A stretch of DNA of 64,000 bases from an uncultured Gammaproteobacteria bacterium (GCA_963729605.1 CAVSNY010000006.1:288001-352000); one strand, 5' to 3'; shown: positions 16,961 through 30,844, counted from the first letter of the stretch. The notes: generated from the sequence alone by a model not told the origin. Program-made: numbers and translations.

Positions 16961-19900
16961 TCAATCCTGCTCAAGTTCGATGTCGATACCCAGCGCGCGG
17001 ATTTCCTTGACCAATACATTGAAGGATTCGGGCATGCCGGCCTCCATGCGGTGGTCGCCGTCCACGATGTTCTTGTACATCTTGGTGCGGCCGGTGACGT
17101 CGTCGGATTTCACCGTCAACATTTCCTGCAAGGTGTACGCGGCGCCGTAGGCCTCGAGCGCCCACACTTCCATTTCACCGAAGCGCTGGCCGCCGAACTG
17201 GGCCTTGCCGCCCAAGGGCTGCTGGGTGACCAGGCTGTACGGGCCGGTGGAACGCGCGTGCATCTTGTCATCGACCAAGTGGTTGAGCTTGAGCATGTAC
17301 ATATAGCCCACGGTGACCGGACGTTCGAAGGCGTCGCCGGTGCGGCCGTCATACAACGTGGTCTGCCCGGACGGCGGCAGACCCGCCAAGGCCAACATGC
17401 CCTTGATCTCTTTCTCCGAAGCGCCGTCGAACACCGGCGTGGCCATCGGCACGCCGCGGCGCAGATTGCCGGCCAATTCGATGACTTCCGCGTCGCTCAA
17501 ACTGTCGATGTCCTCCTGCTTGCCGCTGGTGTTGTAGACCTGATCGAGGAACTTACGTAGCTCCTGCATCTTGACGTGGGCATCCAGCATCTCGCCGATC
17601 TTCTGGCCTATGCCTTTGGCCGCCCAGCCCAGATGGGCCTCGAGGATCTGGCCGATGTTCATACGCGACGGCACGCCGAGCGGATTCAGCACCACGTCGA
17701 CCGGCCGGCCGTCGGCGCTGTACGGCATGTCTTCCGCTGGCACGATCATCGAGATCACGCCCTTGTTACCGTGGCGGCCGGCCATTTTGTCACCGGGCTG
17801 GATGCGACGCTTCACCGCCAGATAGACCTTGACCATTTTCAGCACGCCGGGGGCGAGGTCGTCGCCGGCGGTGATCTTGGCCTTTTTCTCGTCGAAACGC
17901 TGATCGAATTCCTTGCGACGCTCCTTGAGCTGGTCGGCCAAGGCCTCGAGCTGCTTGTCGGCGTTTTCGTCCTGCAGGCGGATCTCGAACCATTTCTCGC
18001 GCGGCACATCGTCGAGATAATCCTTGGCGATCACGCCGCCGGCCTTGAGTTTCTTCGGACCGCCCGCCGCCGCCTGTTTCAGCAGCAGCTTTTCGACGCG
18101 GTTATAAATGTCTTCTTCGAAAATGCGGAATTGATCGTAGAGATCTTTTTTGAAGCGTTCGAGCTCGGCCTTTTCGATGTCTTTCGAACGCTGATCTTTC
18201 TCGACGCCCTCGCGCGTGAACACCTGCACGTCGATCACCGTTCCGTTCATGCCGGAAGGCACCCGCATCGAGGTGTCTTTCACGTCGGACGCCTTCTCAC
18301 CGAAAATGGCCCGCAGCAATTTTTCTTCCGGGGTGAGCTGAGTCTCACCTTTGGGCGTGACTTTACCCACCAGGATGTCGCCCGGCCCCACTTCGGCGCC
18401 GATGTAGACGATGCCGGATTCGTCGAGCTTGTTGAGCGCGGCTTCACCGACGTTCGGGATGTCCGCGGTGATTTCCTCGGGCCCCAGTTTGGTGTCGCGC
18501 GCGACGCAGGTCAGCTCTTCGATGTGGATGCTGGTGAAACGGTCTTCCTGCACCACCCGCTCCGAGATCAGGATCGAGTCCTCGAAGTTGTAGCCGTTCC
18601 ACGGCATGAAGGCCACCAGCATGTTCTGTCCTAAGGCCAGCTCGCCCAAATCGGTGGAAGGGCCGTCGGCCAACACGTCGTCGCGGGCGATCACGTCGCC
18701 GGTCTTCACCAGCGGCCGCTGGTTGATGCAGGTGTTTTGATTGGAACGGGTGTATTTGATGAGGTTGTAAATGTCCACACCCGCTTCGCCGGCCAGGGTC
18801 TCTTCATCATTGACCCGCACCACGATGCGGCTGGCATCCACCGAATCCACCACGCCGCCGCGGCGGGCGTTGACGGTGACGCCGGAGTCCTGCGCGACCA
18901 CGCGCTCGATGCCCGTGCCCACCAGCGGTTTTTCCGCGCGCAAGGTCGGCACGGCCTGACGTTGCATGTTCGAACCCATCAAGGCGCGGTTGGCGTCGTC
19001 GTGCTCCAGAAACGGAATCAACGAGGCCGCCACCGACACGATCTGGCGCGGCGACACGTCGATGTAATTCACCCGGTCCGGGGTGATCATGTTGAACTCG
19101 TTCAAATGACGGCAGGACACCAGGTCGTCGGTCAATTTGCCCTTGGCGTCCACCGTGGCATTGGCCTGGGCGATGATGTATTGCCCTTCCTCGATGGCGG
19201 AGAGGAACTCGATATCGTCGGTCACCTTGCCGTCCACCACCTTGCGGTACGGCGTTTCCAAAAAGCCGTAGGGATTGGTGCGCGCGTAGGTGGCCAGCGA
19301 ATTGATCAGACCGATGTTCGGGCCTTCCGGCGTTTCGATCGGGCAGACCCGGCCGTAATGGGTGGGATGCACGTCGCGCACTTCGAAACCGGCGCGTTCG
19401 CGGGTCAAACCGCCCGGCCCCAAGGCCGAGACGCGGCGCTTGTGGGTCACTTCCGACAGCGGGTTGTTTTGGTCCATGAACTGCGAGAGCTGCGAAGAAC
19501 CGAAGAATTCCTTGATGGCCGCCGACACCGGTTTGGCGTTGATCAATTCGTGCGGCATCAAACCCTCGGTTTCCGCCAGGCTCAAACGCTCTTTAACCGC
19601 GCGCTCGACACGGACCAAGCCGATGCGGAATTGATTTTCCACCATCTCGCCTACGCTGCGGACGCGGCGGTTACCCAAGTGGTCGATGTCGTCTATCGTG
19701 CCGTTACCGTCGCGGATGGCGATGAGGGTGCGCAATACGTCGATGATGTCGTCCTTGGCCAATACGCCCGAACCGGTCACTTCCTGACGGCCGACGCGGC
19801 GGTTGAATTTCATGCGGCCCACCGCCGACAGATCGTAGCGGTCGGCGCTGAAGAACAGATTTTGGAACAGGGCCTGCGCCGCCTCCTTGGTGGGCGGCTC

Positions 19901-21031
19901 GCCGGGACGCATCATGCGGTAGATTTCCACCAGCGCCTCCAATTCGGTGCGCGTCGAATCGGCACGCAAGGTCTGGGAGATGTAGGGGCCGCGGTCGAGG
20001 TCGTTGGTGAACAGGGTTTGGATGCCGGTCACACCGCTGTCGATGATCTTTTCCAGCAAGGCGGCATTGATCTCGTCATTGGCGTTGGCGATGACCTCGC
20101 CGGTGTTGACGTCCACCACGTTGTGGGCAAGGGTCTTGCCGAACAAATAGTCTTGGGGAACCACCAAGGTTTTGATCGCGGCCTTCTCGATCTCCTTGAT
20201 GTGGCGCGCCATGATGCGGCGGCCGGCCTCGACGATGACCTTGCCCTTGATCTTGATGTCGAAGGCCGCGGTTTCGCCGCGCAGACGCTCGGGAATGAGG
20301 TCCAGTTTCACGTCGTCTTTATCGAAGGTGAAGGTGTTGGTCTCGAAGAACAGCGCGAGCATCTCCTCGGTGCTGTACCCGAGGGCGCGCAGCAGCATGG
20401 TCGCCGGCAATTTACGGCGGCGGTCGATGCGCACGAACACCAGATCGTTCGGATCGAATTCGAAGTCCAGCCAGGAGCCGCGATAGGGGATCACGCGCGC
20501 CGAAAACAGCAGTTTGCCGGACGAATGGGTCTTGCCCTTGTCGTGCTCGAAAAACACGCCGGGCGAACGGTGCAGCTGCGACACCACCACGCGCTCGGTG
20601 CCGTTGATGACGAAGGTGCCGTTGTCGGTCATGAGCGGCATTTCGCCCATGTAGACTTCCTGCTCCTTGATGTCCTTCACCGTGCCGGCCGGGGCCTCTT
20701 TGTCATAAATGACCAGGCGCACCTTGACACGCAGCGGCGCGGCGTAGGTCATGCCGCGCTGCTGACACTCGCGCACGTCGAAAGTGGGCGTGCCGAGGCG
20801 GTAACTCACATACTCCAACATCGCCGAGCCGGAATAACTCGTGATGGGGAAAACCGTCTTAAACGCGGCATGCAGACCTTGGTCGAGCCGCTGCTCCAGG
20901 GTTCTGTCCACTTGCAGAAACTGCTTGTAGGAATCCACTTGGATCGCCAGTAGATAAGGCACTTCCAGAACTATCGGGAGTTTGCCAAAATCCTTACGGA
21001 TAGACTTTTTCTCAGTGAAGGAGTAGGCCAT
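16961..21031 (-). CDS. rpoB: RNA polymerase beta subunit
   Basis: [21 protein letters not shown]; 1356 aa. Confidence 0.99.
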   Translation of the reverse strand: MAYSFTEKKSIRKDFGKLPIVLEVPYLLAIQVDSYKQFLQVDRTLEQRLDQGLHAAFKTVFPITSYSGSAMLEYVSYRLGTPTFDVRECQQRGMTYAAPLRVKVRLVIYDKEAPAGTVKDIKEQEVYMGEMPLMTDNGTFVINGTERVVVSQLHRSPGVFFEHDKGKTHSSGKLLFSARVIPYRGSWLDFEFDPNDLVFVRIDRRRKLPATMLLRALGYSTEEMLALFFETNTFTFDKDDVKLDLIPERLRGETAAFDIKIKGKVIVEAGRRIMARHIKEIEKAAIKTLVVPQDYLFGKTLAHNVVDVNTGEVIANANDEINAALLEKIIDSGVTGIQTLFTNDLDRGPYISQTLRADSTRTELEALVEIYRMMRPGEPPTKEAAQALFQNLFFSADRYDLSAVGRMKFNRRVGRQEVTGSGVLAKDDIIDVLRTLIAIRDGNGTIDDIDHLGNRRVRSVGEMVENQFRIGLVRVERAVKERLSLAETEGLMPHELINAKPVSAAIKEFFGSSQLSQFMDQNNPLSEVTHKRRVSALGPGGLTRERAGFEVRDVHPTHYGRVCPIETPEGPNIGLINSLATYARTNPYGFLETPYRKVVDGKVTDDIEFLSAIEEGQYIIAQANATVDAKGKLTDDLVSCRHLNEFNMITPDRVNYIDVSPRQIVSVAASLIPFLEHDDANRALMGSNMQRQAVPTLRAEKPLVGTGIERVVAQDSGVTVNARRGGVVDSVDASRIVVRVNDEETLAGEAGVDIYNLIKYTRSNQNTCINQRPLVKTGDVIARDDVLADGPSTDLGELALGQNMLVAFMPWNGYNFEDSILISERVVQEDRFTSIHIEELTCVARDTKLGPEEITADIPNVGEAALNKLDESGIVYIGAEVGPGDILVGKVTPKGETQLTPEEKLLRAIFGEKASDVKDTSMRVPSGMNGTVIDVQVFTREGVEKDQRSKDIEKAELERFKKDLYDQFRIFEEDIYNRVEKLLLKQAAAGGPKKLKAGGVIAKDYLDDVPREKWFEIRLQDENADKQLEALADQLKERRKEFDQRFDEKKAKITAGDDLAPGVLKMVKVYLAVKRRIQPGDKMAGRHGNKGVISMIVPAEDMPYSADGRPVDVVLNPLGVPSRMNIGQILEAHLGWAAKGIGQKIGEMLDAHVKMQELRKFLDQVYNTSGKQEDIDSLSDAEVIELAGNLRRGVPMATPVFDGASEKEIKGMLALAGLPPSGQTTLYDGRTGDAFERPVTVGYMYMLKLNHLVDDKMHARSTGPYSLVTQQPLGGKAQFGGQRFGEMEVWALEAYGAAYTLQEMLTVKSDDVTGRTKMYKNIVDGDHRMEAGMPESFNVLVKEIRALGIDIELEQD

Positions 21032-21163
21032 TAATCTTCCTCGAGGAGTAGTTCAACAAACGGTATTGCTCGCAACCGTTACCTGGCTCGCACATCAGGA
21101 CACCAGGCCTGCTGCAACGCGAACCGCCCCCGCATCGCGTGCGGGTCTATCAGTCGTAACAGG

Positions 21164-21192
21164 AAAAGGCCGGCAGCTTAATGCTGCCAGCC
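21164..21192 (-). terminator. rplL-rpoB intercistronic attenuator/terminator
   Basis: Minus strand GGCTGGCAGC-ATTAA-GCTGCCGGCC-TTTT at the position of the known gammaproteobacterial attenuator. Confidence 0.7.
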
Positions 21193-21355
21193 CATTCCGC
21201 GCGGGCGTCCCAAAACGGACCCCGCGCCTTTCATCACCAGTGCGCGCCCGGGCCGGCCGCGGAAAAACTTCTTCTCCGCGATCGCCGATGAGCCGCGCAC
21301 CTTCATGCCATTGGGCATATCGTTCAGCAGTACCGTCCTAATAAAAGCGACCCGC

Positions 21356-21730
21356 TTACTTGATGTCCACCTTGGCGCCAGCCTCTTCCAATTGCTTTTT
21401 GATGGCTTCGGCGTCGGCCTTGGGAATGCCTTCTTTCACGGTGGCGGGCACGCCTTCCACCATGTCTTTGGCTTCCTTCAGACCCAAACCGGTGACCGTG
21501 CGGATGACTTTAATCACGTTCACCTTGTTTTCGCCGAAGCTGGTCATGACCACATTGAACTCGGTCTTCTCCTCGGCGGGGGCCGCGGCGGCGACCGCCG
21601 GACCGGCCGCTACGGCCATGGTGGCCGCGGACACGCCGAACTTCTCTTCCATGGCGGAAATCAGATCGACGATTTCCAGCACGGTCATGTTAGCAATGGT
21701 TTCCAAGATTTCTTCTTTGGCAACAGCCAT
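21356..21730 (-). CDS. rplL: 50S ribosomal protein L7/L12
   Basis: [22 protein letters not shown]. Confidence 0.98.
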   Translation of the reverse strand: MAVAKEEILETIANMTVLEIVDLISAMEEKFGVSAATMAVAAGPAVAAAAPAEEKTEFNVVMTSFGENKVNVIKVIRTVTGLGLKEAKDMVEGVPATVKEGIPKADAEAIKKQLEEAGAKVDIK

Positions 21731-21798
21731 GGTCTTAACTCCTAAAAAATAGTCTATGCAGTTTTCCCGGCCAAACGGAGGGCGTAATCGCCGCCGTA

Positions 21799-22326
21799 TC
21801 AGGCCGCCGATTGTTTCTGTTCGCGTACCGCGGCGATGGTGCGTACCAGCTTGTCGGCCGGGGCCTTGATGGTGCGCGCCAGTTTTTCAACCGGGGCTTT
21901 CATCACGGCCATCAGCTTGCTGATCGCTTCGTCACGGGTCGGCATGGTCGCGAGGGCCGCCAAATCACCGGGGACGAGCAATTTGCCGCTGAGGGCGATT
22001 GCCCTCACCACCAACTTGTCGTTGTCCTTGGCGAAATCGCGGATAATCCGCGCGGCGGCGGCGGGTTCGTCCCTGGAGAAGGCCAATACCAGCGGCCCCG
22101 TCAAGGAATCACCCATGCACTCGTAACCGGTACCCATCAACGCTCGCCGCGCCAAGGTGTTCTTGACGACGCGGACATAGACGCCCGCATTGCGCGCATC
22201 GACACGCAATTTGGTCATCTTCTCCACGCTTAAACCACGGTATTCCGCGGCAATGGCGGACTGAGCGTCGCGGGCCACAACGGCGACCTCGGCGACGATG
22301 GCCTCTTTTTCCTGTCTCGTTAACAA
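21799..22326 (-). CDS. rplJ: 50S ribosomal protein L10
   Basis: [17 protein letters not shown]; TTG start 8 nt after GAGGAG. Confidence 0.95.
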   Translation of the reverse strand: MLTRQEKEAIVAEVAVVARDAQSAIAAEYRGLSVEKMTKLRVDARNAGVYVRVVKNTLARRALMGTGYECMGDSLTGPLVLAFSRDEPAAAARIIRDFAKDNDKLVVRAIALSGKLLVPGDLAALATMPTRDEAISKLMAVMKAPVEKLARTIKAPADKLVRTIAAVREQKQSAA

Positions 22327-22459
22327 GAGTCCATCTCCTCTTCATTGGAACGGCGCGCGCCTTGCGGCCGCCTGCCGTTCCGCCTTACACGGATGCGTCC
22401 ACCCCGTGGACACACCCCCTTACGGCTACCTTTGCCAGGAAAATCCTGTCTCGGGCCAG

Positions 22460-22521
22460 ACCGTCTACGCAGGCCGGTTGTTTTTACAACCCATTAAGCG
22501 AACACCTGCGGTCTTTGACGG
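22460..22521 (-). promoter_or_regulatory. L10 leader (autogenous regulatory RNA)
   Basis: Minus strand CCGTCAAAGACCGCAGG...TTAA...CCTGCGTAGACGG upstream of rplJ, the characteristic L10-leader pattern. Confidence 0.75.
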
Positions 22522-22594
22522 CTGCCGGACCAGGCCGACAGCCCAAAGCCATCACCGATGGAGGCGCGGCGCGCCTCCATCGTCATCAAACGAA

Positions 22595-23292
<698 letters not shown>

Positions 23293-23293
<1 letters not shown>

Positions 23294-23724
23294 CACACAC
23301 CCTCCACGGTCAGGCCCATGCTGCGGGCGCTACCGGCAATGGTGCGCACCGCGGCGTCCATATCCGCCGCCGTGAGGTCGGGCATCTTGGTCTTGGCGAT
23401 TTCTTCCAATTGAGCGCGGGTCACCTTGCCCACCTTGACGGTGTGCGGGGTGCTGCTGCCGCTGGCGATCCCGGCGGCCTTCTTCAATAGAATGGACGCG
23501 GGCGGGGTCTTGGTGATGAACGTGAAACTGCGGTCGCTATAAACCGTGATCACCACCGGCAGGGGCAGGCCCTGCTCGACCTTCTGGGTCGCGGCGTTGA
23601 ACTGCTTGCAGAACTCCATGATGTTGACGCCGTGCTGGCCCAAGGCAGGACCGACCGGCGGACTGGGGTTGGCCTGACCGGCCTTCACCTGCAATTTGAT
23701 GTATGCCTGAATTTTCTTTGCCAT
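23293..23724 (-). CDS. rplK: 50S ribosomal protein L11
   Basis: [21 protein letters not shown]. Confidence 0.98.
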
Positions 23725-23736
23725 GTTTCACTCCTC

Positions 23737-23765
23737 AGTGGGTGCTAGCGCCTCGCGGCTCCCCG
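23737..23765 (-). promoter_or_regulatory. L1-binding site in rplK leader
   Basis: Minus strand GGGGAGCC-GCGA-GGCGCTAGCACCC just upstream of the rplK SD. Confidence 0.6.
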
Positions 23766-23837
23766 GACAACAGCGACAGGTTCCAAGCCACACCCATGGT
23801 GAGCCCGGAACCCGGCGCCCGAAATAATCGTTAAAAC

Positions 23838-24371
23838 TTAACCTTTTTCTACCTGACCAAACTCCAACTCGACCGGCGTGGAGCGGCCGAAGATCAACAC
23901 CGCCACCCGCAGGCGACTCTTTTCGTAGTTGACCTCTTCCACCACGCCGTTGAAATCCGCGAAAGGACCTTCGGTGACCCGCACCACCTCGCCCGGCTCG
24001 AACAATACCTTGGGCCGCGGCTTCTCCACCCCCTCCTGCACGCGCTGCAGGATCTTTTCCGCCTCTTTCTCGGAGATCGGCGCGGGGCGGTTGCTGGTGC
24101 CGCCGATGAAACCCATCACCTTGGGCACGTCTTTGACGAGATGCCAGGTGTTGTCGTCCATCTCCATCTGCACCAGCACATAGCCGGGGAAGAATTTTCG
24201 GTCACTCTTACGCTTCTGTCCGGCGCGCATCTCCACCACCTCTTCGGTGGGCACGAGAATCTCGCCGAACTTCTCTTCCATACTATGCAATTTGATCCGC
24301 TCCCGCATGGAGCGCACCACCTGGTTTTCAAACCCGGAATAGACGTGGACTACGTACCAGCGCATCGCCAT
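23838..24371 (-). CDS. nusG: Transcription termination/antitermination factor NusG
   Basis: [29 protein letters not shown]. Confidence 0.98.
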   Translation of the reverse strand: MAMRWYVVHVYSGFENQVVRSMRERIKLHSMEEKFGEILVPTEEVVEMRAGQKRKSDRKFFPGYVLVQMEMDDNTWHLVKDVPKVMGFIGGTSNRPAPISEKEAEKILQRVQEGVEKPRPKVLFEPGEVVRVTEGPFADFNGVVEEVNYEKSRLRVAVLIFGRSTPVELEFGQVEKG

Positions 24372-24377
24372 GTATCC

Positions 24378-24725
24378 TTAGCCCCCTTGACCAGTCAACA
24401 GCTTAACGGACCACACCAAAAACGTATCCAAGCCCCACAGAATCAACGCGACAAGCACCACCATCCCCATCACTATCAATGTGGTCTGATTGGTCTCCTT
24501 GCCCGTGGGCCAGACGATTTTACGCAGCTCAATGCTCGCCTCGCGGAAAAAACCGATGAGCTGGCCGCCGTTTTCGGTCTGCAACACGATCGCGATACAC
24601 AGGCCGACCACCACCAGCAACGCGATCACACGCATCCACAAGGCATAATCAGCGAGGTAATAAAAACCGGCGAGGCCGCCGATCAACAACAGCGCCGCTG
24701 CCAGCCATTTAAGTTTATCCACCAT
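24378..24725 (-). CDS. secE: Preprotein translocase subunit SecE
   Basis: ELRKIVWPT motif, three hydrophobic segments, upstream of nusG. Confidence 0.95.
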   Translation of the reverse strand: MVDKLKWLAAALLLIGGLAGFYYLADYALWMRVIALLVVVGLCIAIVLQTENGGQLIGFFREASIELRKIVWPTGKETNQTTLIVMGMVVLVALILWGLDTFLVWSVKLLTGQGG

Positions 24726-24763
24726 ACTCGCTACTTTAAAAATCTATCTATCCAGCTGCCAGA

Positions 24764-24839
24764 TGGCAGGCCAGGAGGGAATCGAACCCCCAACCTGCGG
24801 TTTTGGAGACCGCCGCTCTGCCAATTGAGCTACTGGCCT
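24764..24839 (-). tRNA. tRNA-Trp (CCA)
   Basis: AGGCCAGTAGCTCAATTGG...CTCCAAA...GGTTCGATTCC...GCCTGCCA, 76 nt. Confidence 0.96.
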
Positions 24840-24912
24840 TTAACTCTTGATCTTTAAAAAACGAAGTGGACGACACCCAGGCATCGCCCACCCGCTCGAC
24901 CATATTCAGTCG

Positions 24913-26103
<1,191 letters not shown>

Positions 26104-26260
26104 CGCTAAAGTCTCCTCAACGCAAATGGATGGCCCTTACCTGGAATGAGCCCATCACACACCAAAACCCAAGAGCACGCCGGCGAGGACCGCAACTCAC
26201 ATCCATCTCACAACGCGCCATTTTAAAGCGGCGGCGACCCGCGCTACCTGATCATACTTA

Positions 26261-26336
<76 letters not shown>

Positions 26337-26425
26337 CTGCATTCAGGGCAAAACGAACGGCATTGAGAGATAAAGCCAAATGCTTTTACTTCCAATTCCT
26401 TCCCTTTACCCCTTTCCTCTCACAC

Positions 26426-26499
26426 TGGAGCGGGTGATGGGAATCGAACCCACGCTATCAGCTTGGAAGGCTGAAGTTCTACCATTGAACTACACCCGC
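26426..26499 (-). tRNA. tRNA-Gly (TCC)
   Basis: GCGGGTGTAGTTCAATGG...CTTCCAA...GGTTCGATTCC...CCGCTCCA, 74 nt. Confidence 0.96.
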
Positions 26500-26561
26500 C
26501 TTCTCATCACGGACCAATGAAGACACCCCCGATTAAGAAAGCTCCACCATCGGCAAAACAC

Positions 26562-26646
26562 TGGTGGAGGGGGGAGGATTCGAACCTCCGAAGGCAGAGC
26601 CGTCAGATTTACAGTCTGATCCCTTTGGCCGCTCGGGAACCCCTCC
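26562..26646 (-). tRNA. tRNA-Tyr (GTA)
   Basis: GGAGGGGTTCCCGAGCGG...CTGTAAA, long variable arm, CCA end, 85 nt. Confidence 0.96.
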
Positions 26647-26664
26647 TCAAGACACAAGCCGCGT

Positions 26665-26693
26665 ATTTTGATAGATCGGAAGACATGTGTCAA
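26665..26693 (-). promoter_or_regulatory. Sigma70 promoter of tRNA-tuf operon
   Basis: TTGACA (26693-26688), 17 nt spacer, CAAAAT (26670-26665), GC-rich discriminator. Confidence 0.75.
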
Positions 26694-26748
26694 CGCTAAC
26701 CGGCCCAGAAATTGCCGGCGGCGCCCGCGCCTCCCGCCTCAAATTTCG

Positions 26749-28419
26749 TCAGGCGATATATCCTTGGCGTTTCAGGTAAAGAAATACCTGCTGGGCCGCC
26801 TCTTCCACCGTAAGCTGGCTGGTGTCAACGCGCAGCTCCGGGTTTTCCGGCGTTTCGTAAGGATCGCTGATCCCGGTGAACTCCTTGAGCACGCCGGCGC
26901 GCGCCTTGGCGTAAAGGCCTTTGCGATCGCGACCTTCGCAGACCTCGAGAGGGGTGGAGACATGAATCTCGATGAAGCCGCCATACGGACTGATCATCTG
27001 CCGCACCTCGCGCCGCAGCGCGGTATAAGGGGCGATCGGCGCGCAGATGGCGATGCCGCCGTTTTTGGTGATCTCGCTGGCCACGTAGCCGATACGGCGG
27101 ATATTGATATTGCGATGTTCTTTGGAGAACCCCAGTTCGCTGGATAGGTGTTTGCGCACCACGTCGCCGTCGAGCACGCTGACCGGCCGGCCGCCCAGCT
27201 CCAATAATTTGGCCAACACCGCCTTGGCGACGGTGGACTTCCCGGAACCGGACAAGCCTGTAAAAAACAACGTAAACCCCTGCTTGGCGCGGGCCGGGAA
27301 TCGGTTGCGCAATTCGGCGGCAACCTCGGGAAAACAAAACCATTCGGGGATTTCCAAGCCCTCGCGCAAACGGCGCTGCAACTCCTCGGCGCCGAAATCG
27401 CCAATCCGCGCCCCGGCCGGCACCTCGCCCGGCGGCAGGTAATCGGCCCGCTCCTCCACATACACCAAGGGTTCACAGGCCACCAAATGGATGGCGAGTT
27501 GCTGGGCGATATCGGGCCGGGCCTCCGCCAGCGCGCGCGCGTCCAAGCCATAAGCGCCCGTCTCCCACGCCATGGCGCTGCAACCGCAGTTTTGACGCAC
27601 GATGGCGTGCAGCAACAACTCCCGCCAACCGCCGCCGCGGGCGGGAATGGTCAACAGGCTCAGCAGGGTGGTCTGGGCCGGAGCTCGTCCCAAAACCTCG
27701 CGGTAACAACGCACCCGGTAATAATAGTCATCCCCCTCTTCCACCACGGGGTGCAGCAGCAACGCCGCGCCGAGTTCGCGGGCGATCCGTGCGCTCAATT
27801 TTTGTTGTGCGACATACAGGGGCTCGGCCGTATGAAAGGCCGCCACTGCGCCCCAGCCCCGTTTGACAAATTCCTGGCGCAGCTCCGCCGGGCCGTGACG
27901 CAGGGCGTTGAAGCTGTGATAGCTGGGCGCCTCCACACCTTCGACGCGGCCGCCCACGTAATAAGGCTGGGTTTTGGTGAGGAGTCGGTCGACCTCCGGC
28001 TGCGCCGCATCCGCCTCGCCATAAAGGGCGCGGGCCTCGGCGGCACGATCCGGCTGCCAAACCTCGTCCACTCGCAATACCGCCAGCAGCACACCCTCGA
28101 GGTCGCGCAATGCCAAGGCCGCCCCCGGCGCCAACTGCGCCGCCAGCGCCTCACTCACGTCCAGCACCACCGGCAGCGGCCACAAAGTACCGTCCGCCAG
28201 CGCCATCCCCTCCAGCACGCACCGGTAATCCGTCCGGCCCATGAAACCCCGCAGGGGGGAATAGGCGCCGTTCATCAACAAGGCCAGTTCGGCCTGCTGA
28301 CGCGGATCGAGGTCCAACGATGGCAAGGAGAGCGCCTCCTGCTTGAGCTCTGCGATGCGCGCACTCTCGGCGAACAAAACTTGCAACTGGCCGCCGTGGG
28401 GTTGGGTAAGCTGTTTCAT
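26749..28419 (-). CDS. cysC: APS kinase with N-terminal degenerate ATP-sulfurylase (Sat) domain
   Basis: N-term QPHGG, NGAYSPLRGFM (Sat-like); C-term FTGLSGSGKST, LDGDVVR, RDRKGLY, FTGISDPYE (APS kinase); start trimmed to MKQLTQ. Confidence 0.88.
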   Translation of the reverse strand: MKQLTQPHGGQLQVLFAESARIAELKQEALSLPSLDLDPRQQAELALLMNGAYSPLRGFMGRTDYRCVLEGMALADGTLWPLPVVLDVSEALAAQLAPGAALALRDLEGVLLAVLRVDEVWQPDRAAEARALYGEADAAQPEVDRLLTKTQPYYVGGRVEGVEAPSYHSFNALRHGPAELRQEFVKRGWGAVAAFHTAEPLYVAQQKLSARIARELGAALLLHPVVEEGDDYYYRVRCYREVLGRAPAQTTLLSLLTIPARGGGWRELLLHAIVRQNCGCSAMAWETGAYGLDARALAEARPDIAQQLAIHLVACEPLVYVEERADYLPPGEVPAGARIGDFGAEELQRRLREGLEIPEWFCFPEVAAELRNRFPARAKQGFTLFFTGLSGSGKSTVAKAVLAKLLELGGRPVSVLDGDVVRKHLSSELGFSKEHRNINIRRIGYVASEITKNGGIAICAPIAPYTALRREVRQMISPYGGFIEIHVSTPLEVCEGRDRKGLYAKARAGVLKEFTGISDPYETPENPELRVDTSQLTVEEAAQQVFLYLKRQGYIA

Positions 28420-28688
28420 GGATCCGCTCTCTCGGGGTAGGTAAATTTTAAGATCGGCTATTGTAGGCGGCCGGGGACCGGCAAGCCAGACCCGCGCCAT
28501 CACATCGCCGCCGCGCCGGGCCCGCGGCACGCACAGCGCTCGGCCCACAACCAGCGCCCCGAAACGGACTTACCCGGCACGACGACCGTAATCATGGCGC
28601 CCTGGGTTTTCCCGCCGTCCGCGAAGCTCAACATGGGCGGCGATGATGATATGCTGTGCCCCATTTTGCGGGAGACGAGACGGATTTT

Positions 28689-29666
28689 ATGCAAAAGCAA
28701 CCCATCCTGGTGACCGGCGGCGCCGGTTACATCGGCAGCCACGTCGTACGTCAACTGGGCGAGGCCGGTCACGAAGTCGTCGTACTCGACAATCTCTCCA
28801 CCGGTTTTCGCGCCTCGGTGCTGTACGGCAAACTGGTAATAGGCGACACCGGCGACCGCGCCTTCGTCACTCAACTGCTGCGCGACCACGGCATCGAATC
28901 GGTGCTGCACTTCGCCGCGCATATCGTCGTGCCCGAATCGGTGAGCGACCCGCTCAAATACTACGGCAACAACACCTGCAATACCCGCGAACTGCTGGCG
29001 GCCTGCGCCGACGCGGGCGTCAAACATTTCATCTTCTCGTCTACCGCCGCCGTGTATGGCATCCCGCCCGATATGGAATGCGCGGAAGACAGCCCGCTCG
29101 CGCCCATCAATCCCTACGGCCGCTCCAAACTCATGAGCGAATGGATGCTGCAAGACCTCGCCGCGGCCGGCGATTTGCGCTACGGCGTCTTGCGCTATTT
29201 CAACGTCGCCGGCGCCGACCCCGGCGGCCGCATCGGTCAATCCACCCCCAAGGCCACCCACCTCATCAAGGTGGCCTGCGAAGCGACGCTGGGCAAACGC
29301 GGCCACATCGACGTCTTCGGCACCGACTACGCCACGCCGGACGGCACCTGCATCCGCGACTACATCCACATCGAAGACCTGGCCGGCGCCCACCTGCTGG
29401 CGCTGGATCATCTCCGCAACGGCGGAGAGTCTTTTACCGCCAACTGCGGTTACGGTCACGGCTACAGCGTGCGCGAAGTCCTGGACATGGTGCAGCAAGT
29501 CAGCGGCGTCAAATTGAATATCCGCGAGGCGGCGCGCCGCGCCGGCGATCCGCCCGCCCTCATCGCCAAGGCCGAGCGGATACGCGCGCTGCTGGGCTGG
29601 ACACCGCGTCACGACGACCTGCAAGGCATCGTCGCCCATGCCCTGGCCTGGGAACGCCGGCTCTAA
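28689..29666 (+). CDS. galE: UDP-glucose 4-epimerase
   Basis: GGAGYIGSH, SSTAAVYG, YGRSK, LRYFNVAGA, DGTCIRDYIH. Confidence 0.93.
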   Translation: MQKQPILVTGGAGYIGSHVVRQLGEAGHEVVVLDNLSTGFRASVLYGKLVIGDTGDRAFVTQLLRDHGIESVLHFAAHIVVPESVSDPLKYYGNNTCNTRELLAACADAGVKHFIFSSTAAVYGIPPDMECAEDSPLAPINPYGRSKLMSEWMLQDLAAAGDLRYGVLRYFNVAGADPGGRIGQSTPKATHLIKVACEATLGKRGHIDVFGTDYATPDGTCIRDYIHIEDLAGAHLLALDHLRNGGESFTANCGYGHGYSVREVLDMVQQVSGVKLNIREAARRAGDPPALIAKAERIRALLGWTPRHDDLQGIVAHALAWERRL

Positions 29667-29877
29667 GGAACATGGATTTATCGGCGGCCCGACTCTAAGG
29701 ATGCGCCGCCTTTTCCAAGCGCTTTTCTGACCGGAAAAGGGCAAAAAACAAAAATCGCCTTTTAGTTTTCACCCCTGAAATCCAGCGAGGGTATTTCAAA
29801 ACTTCTTTGACACCCCGCCAATCACGCGGCGGACTGACAGCCAGCCGCCCTGTTTTCAATCACGAGGTAAACCGACC

Positions 29878-30564
29878 ATGCACGCCATGAAACGCATTCC
29901 CTATTTCTTCATCCTCACCACGCTGGCGTGCTGGTTCTGTACAGGTGCGGCGGCGCAAACCCGCTACGTCAGCGATCAACTGGAGATCAACCTGCGGTCA
30001 GGACAAAGCAACTCGCACAGGATCCTGCATATGCTGAAGAGCGGCAGCCCGGTGGACGTCTTGGAGACCGACGCCGCCAGCGGCTACAGCAAAGTACGCG
30101 CCAGCAACGGTGCCGAGGGCTGGGTGTTGAGCCGTTATCTGACGAGCACGCCCGGCGCGCGCGAAGAATTGGAGAAACTGCAACGCAAATTCGCCGCCCT
30201 GGAAACCGAAAACCGCCAACTCAAAGAACGCAGCGGTTCGTTGCGCGAACAACAAAAAACCATCAGCGAGCAACAAAAAAATCTCGATGACAGCAATCGC
30301 CGGCTCGAACAGGAGCTGGCGCAGATCCGCACCACCGCCGGCAGCGCCCTCGCGCTCGAAAGCGACAACAAACGGTTGAAGGAGCAATACCTCGGCCTGC
30401 AGAGCGAGCTGCAAATCCTGCAGCAGGAAACCAGAGCGCTGAAAGATCGCAGTGATCGCGAATGGTTCGTGCGCGGCGCCGGCGTGGTGGTCATCGGCAT
30501 CCTCATCGGGCTCATCGTGCCGCGCCTGAAATTCCGCCGCAGATCGAGCTGGGATTCGTTGTAG
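29878..30564 (+). CDS. SH3-domain/coiled-coil membrane protein (TIGR04211, YgiM-like)
   Basis: Signal peptide, RYVSD...LRSG...GWV SH3b domain, coiled coil, C-terminal TM segment GILIGLIVP. Confidence 0.85.
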   Translation: MHAMKRIPYFFILTTLACWFCTGAAAQTRYVSDQLEINLRSGQSNSHRILHMLKSGSPVDVLETDAASGYSKVRASNGAEGWVLSRYLTSTPGAREELEKLQRKFAALETENRQLKERSGSLREQQKTISEQQKNLDDSNRRLEQELAQIRTTAGSALALESDNKRLKEQYLGLQSELQILQQETRALKDRSDREWFVRGAGVVVIGILIGLIVPRLKFRRRSSWDSL

Positions 30565-30614
30565 GGTTATCGCGCGCTGTTAATCCGGCGATTGAAATGA
30601 TGATCTTAAAAATT

Positions 30615-30735
30615 CCCTCTCCCTTTTTAGGGGGAGGGTTGCGGTGAGGGTAGAACGGCTGGCATTTCCCGCCATCTCACCCCCGTCCCAACCTTTCCAC
30701 TTAGAACGCCCCCTCTCCCTGGCGGGAGAGAGGGG
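30615..30735. repeat. Inverted pair of CCCTCTCCC...GGGAGAGGG palindromic elements
   Basis: CCCTCTCCCTTTTTAGGGGGAGGGTTGCGGTGAGGG (30615-30650) and CTCACCCC...CCCTCTCCCTGGCGGGAGAGAGGGG (30676-30735) between convergent genes. Confidence 0.6.
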
Positions 30736-30844
30736 TTTGATGGGAAGGATTAACGGCTTCAATCACCCCCATCGAGAGAGGATCAAATGGACACCGAATG
30801 AATAATTTTTTTCCGTGTTCTCCGCGCGCGGCGCGGCCCGCCGC

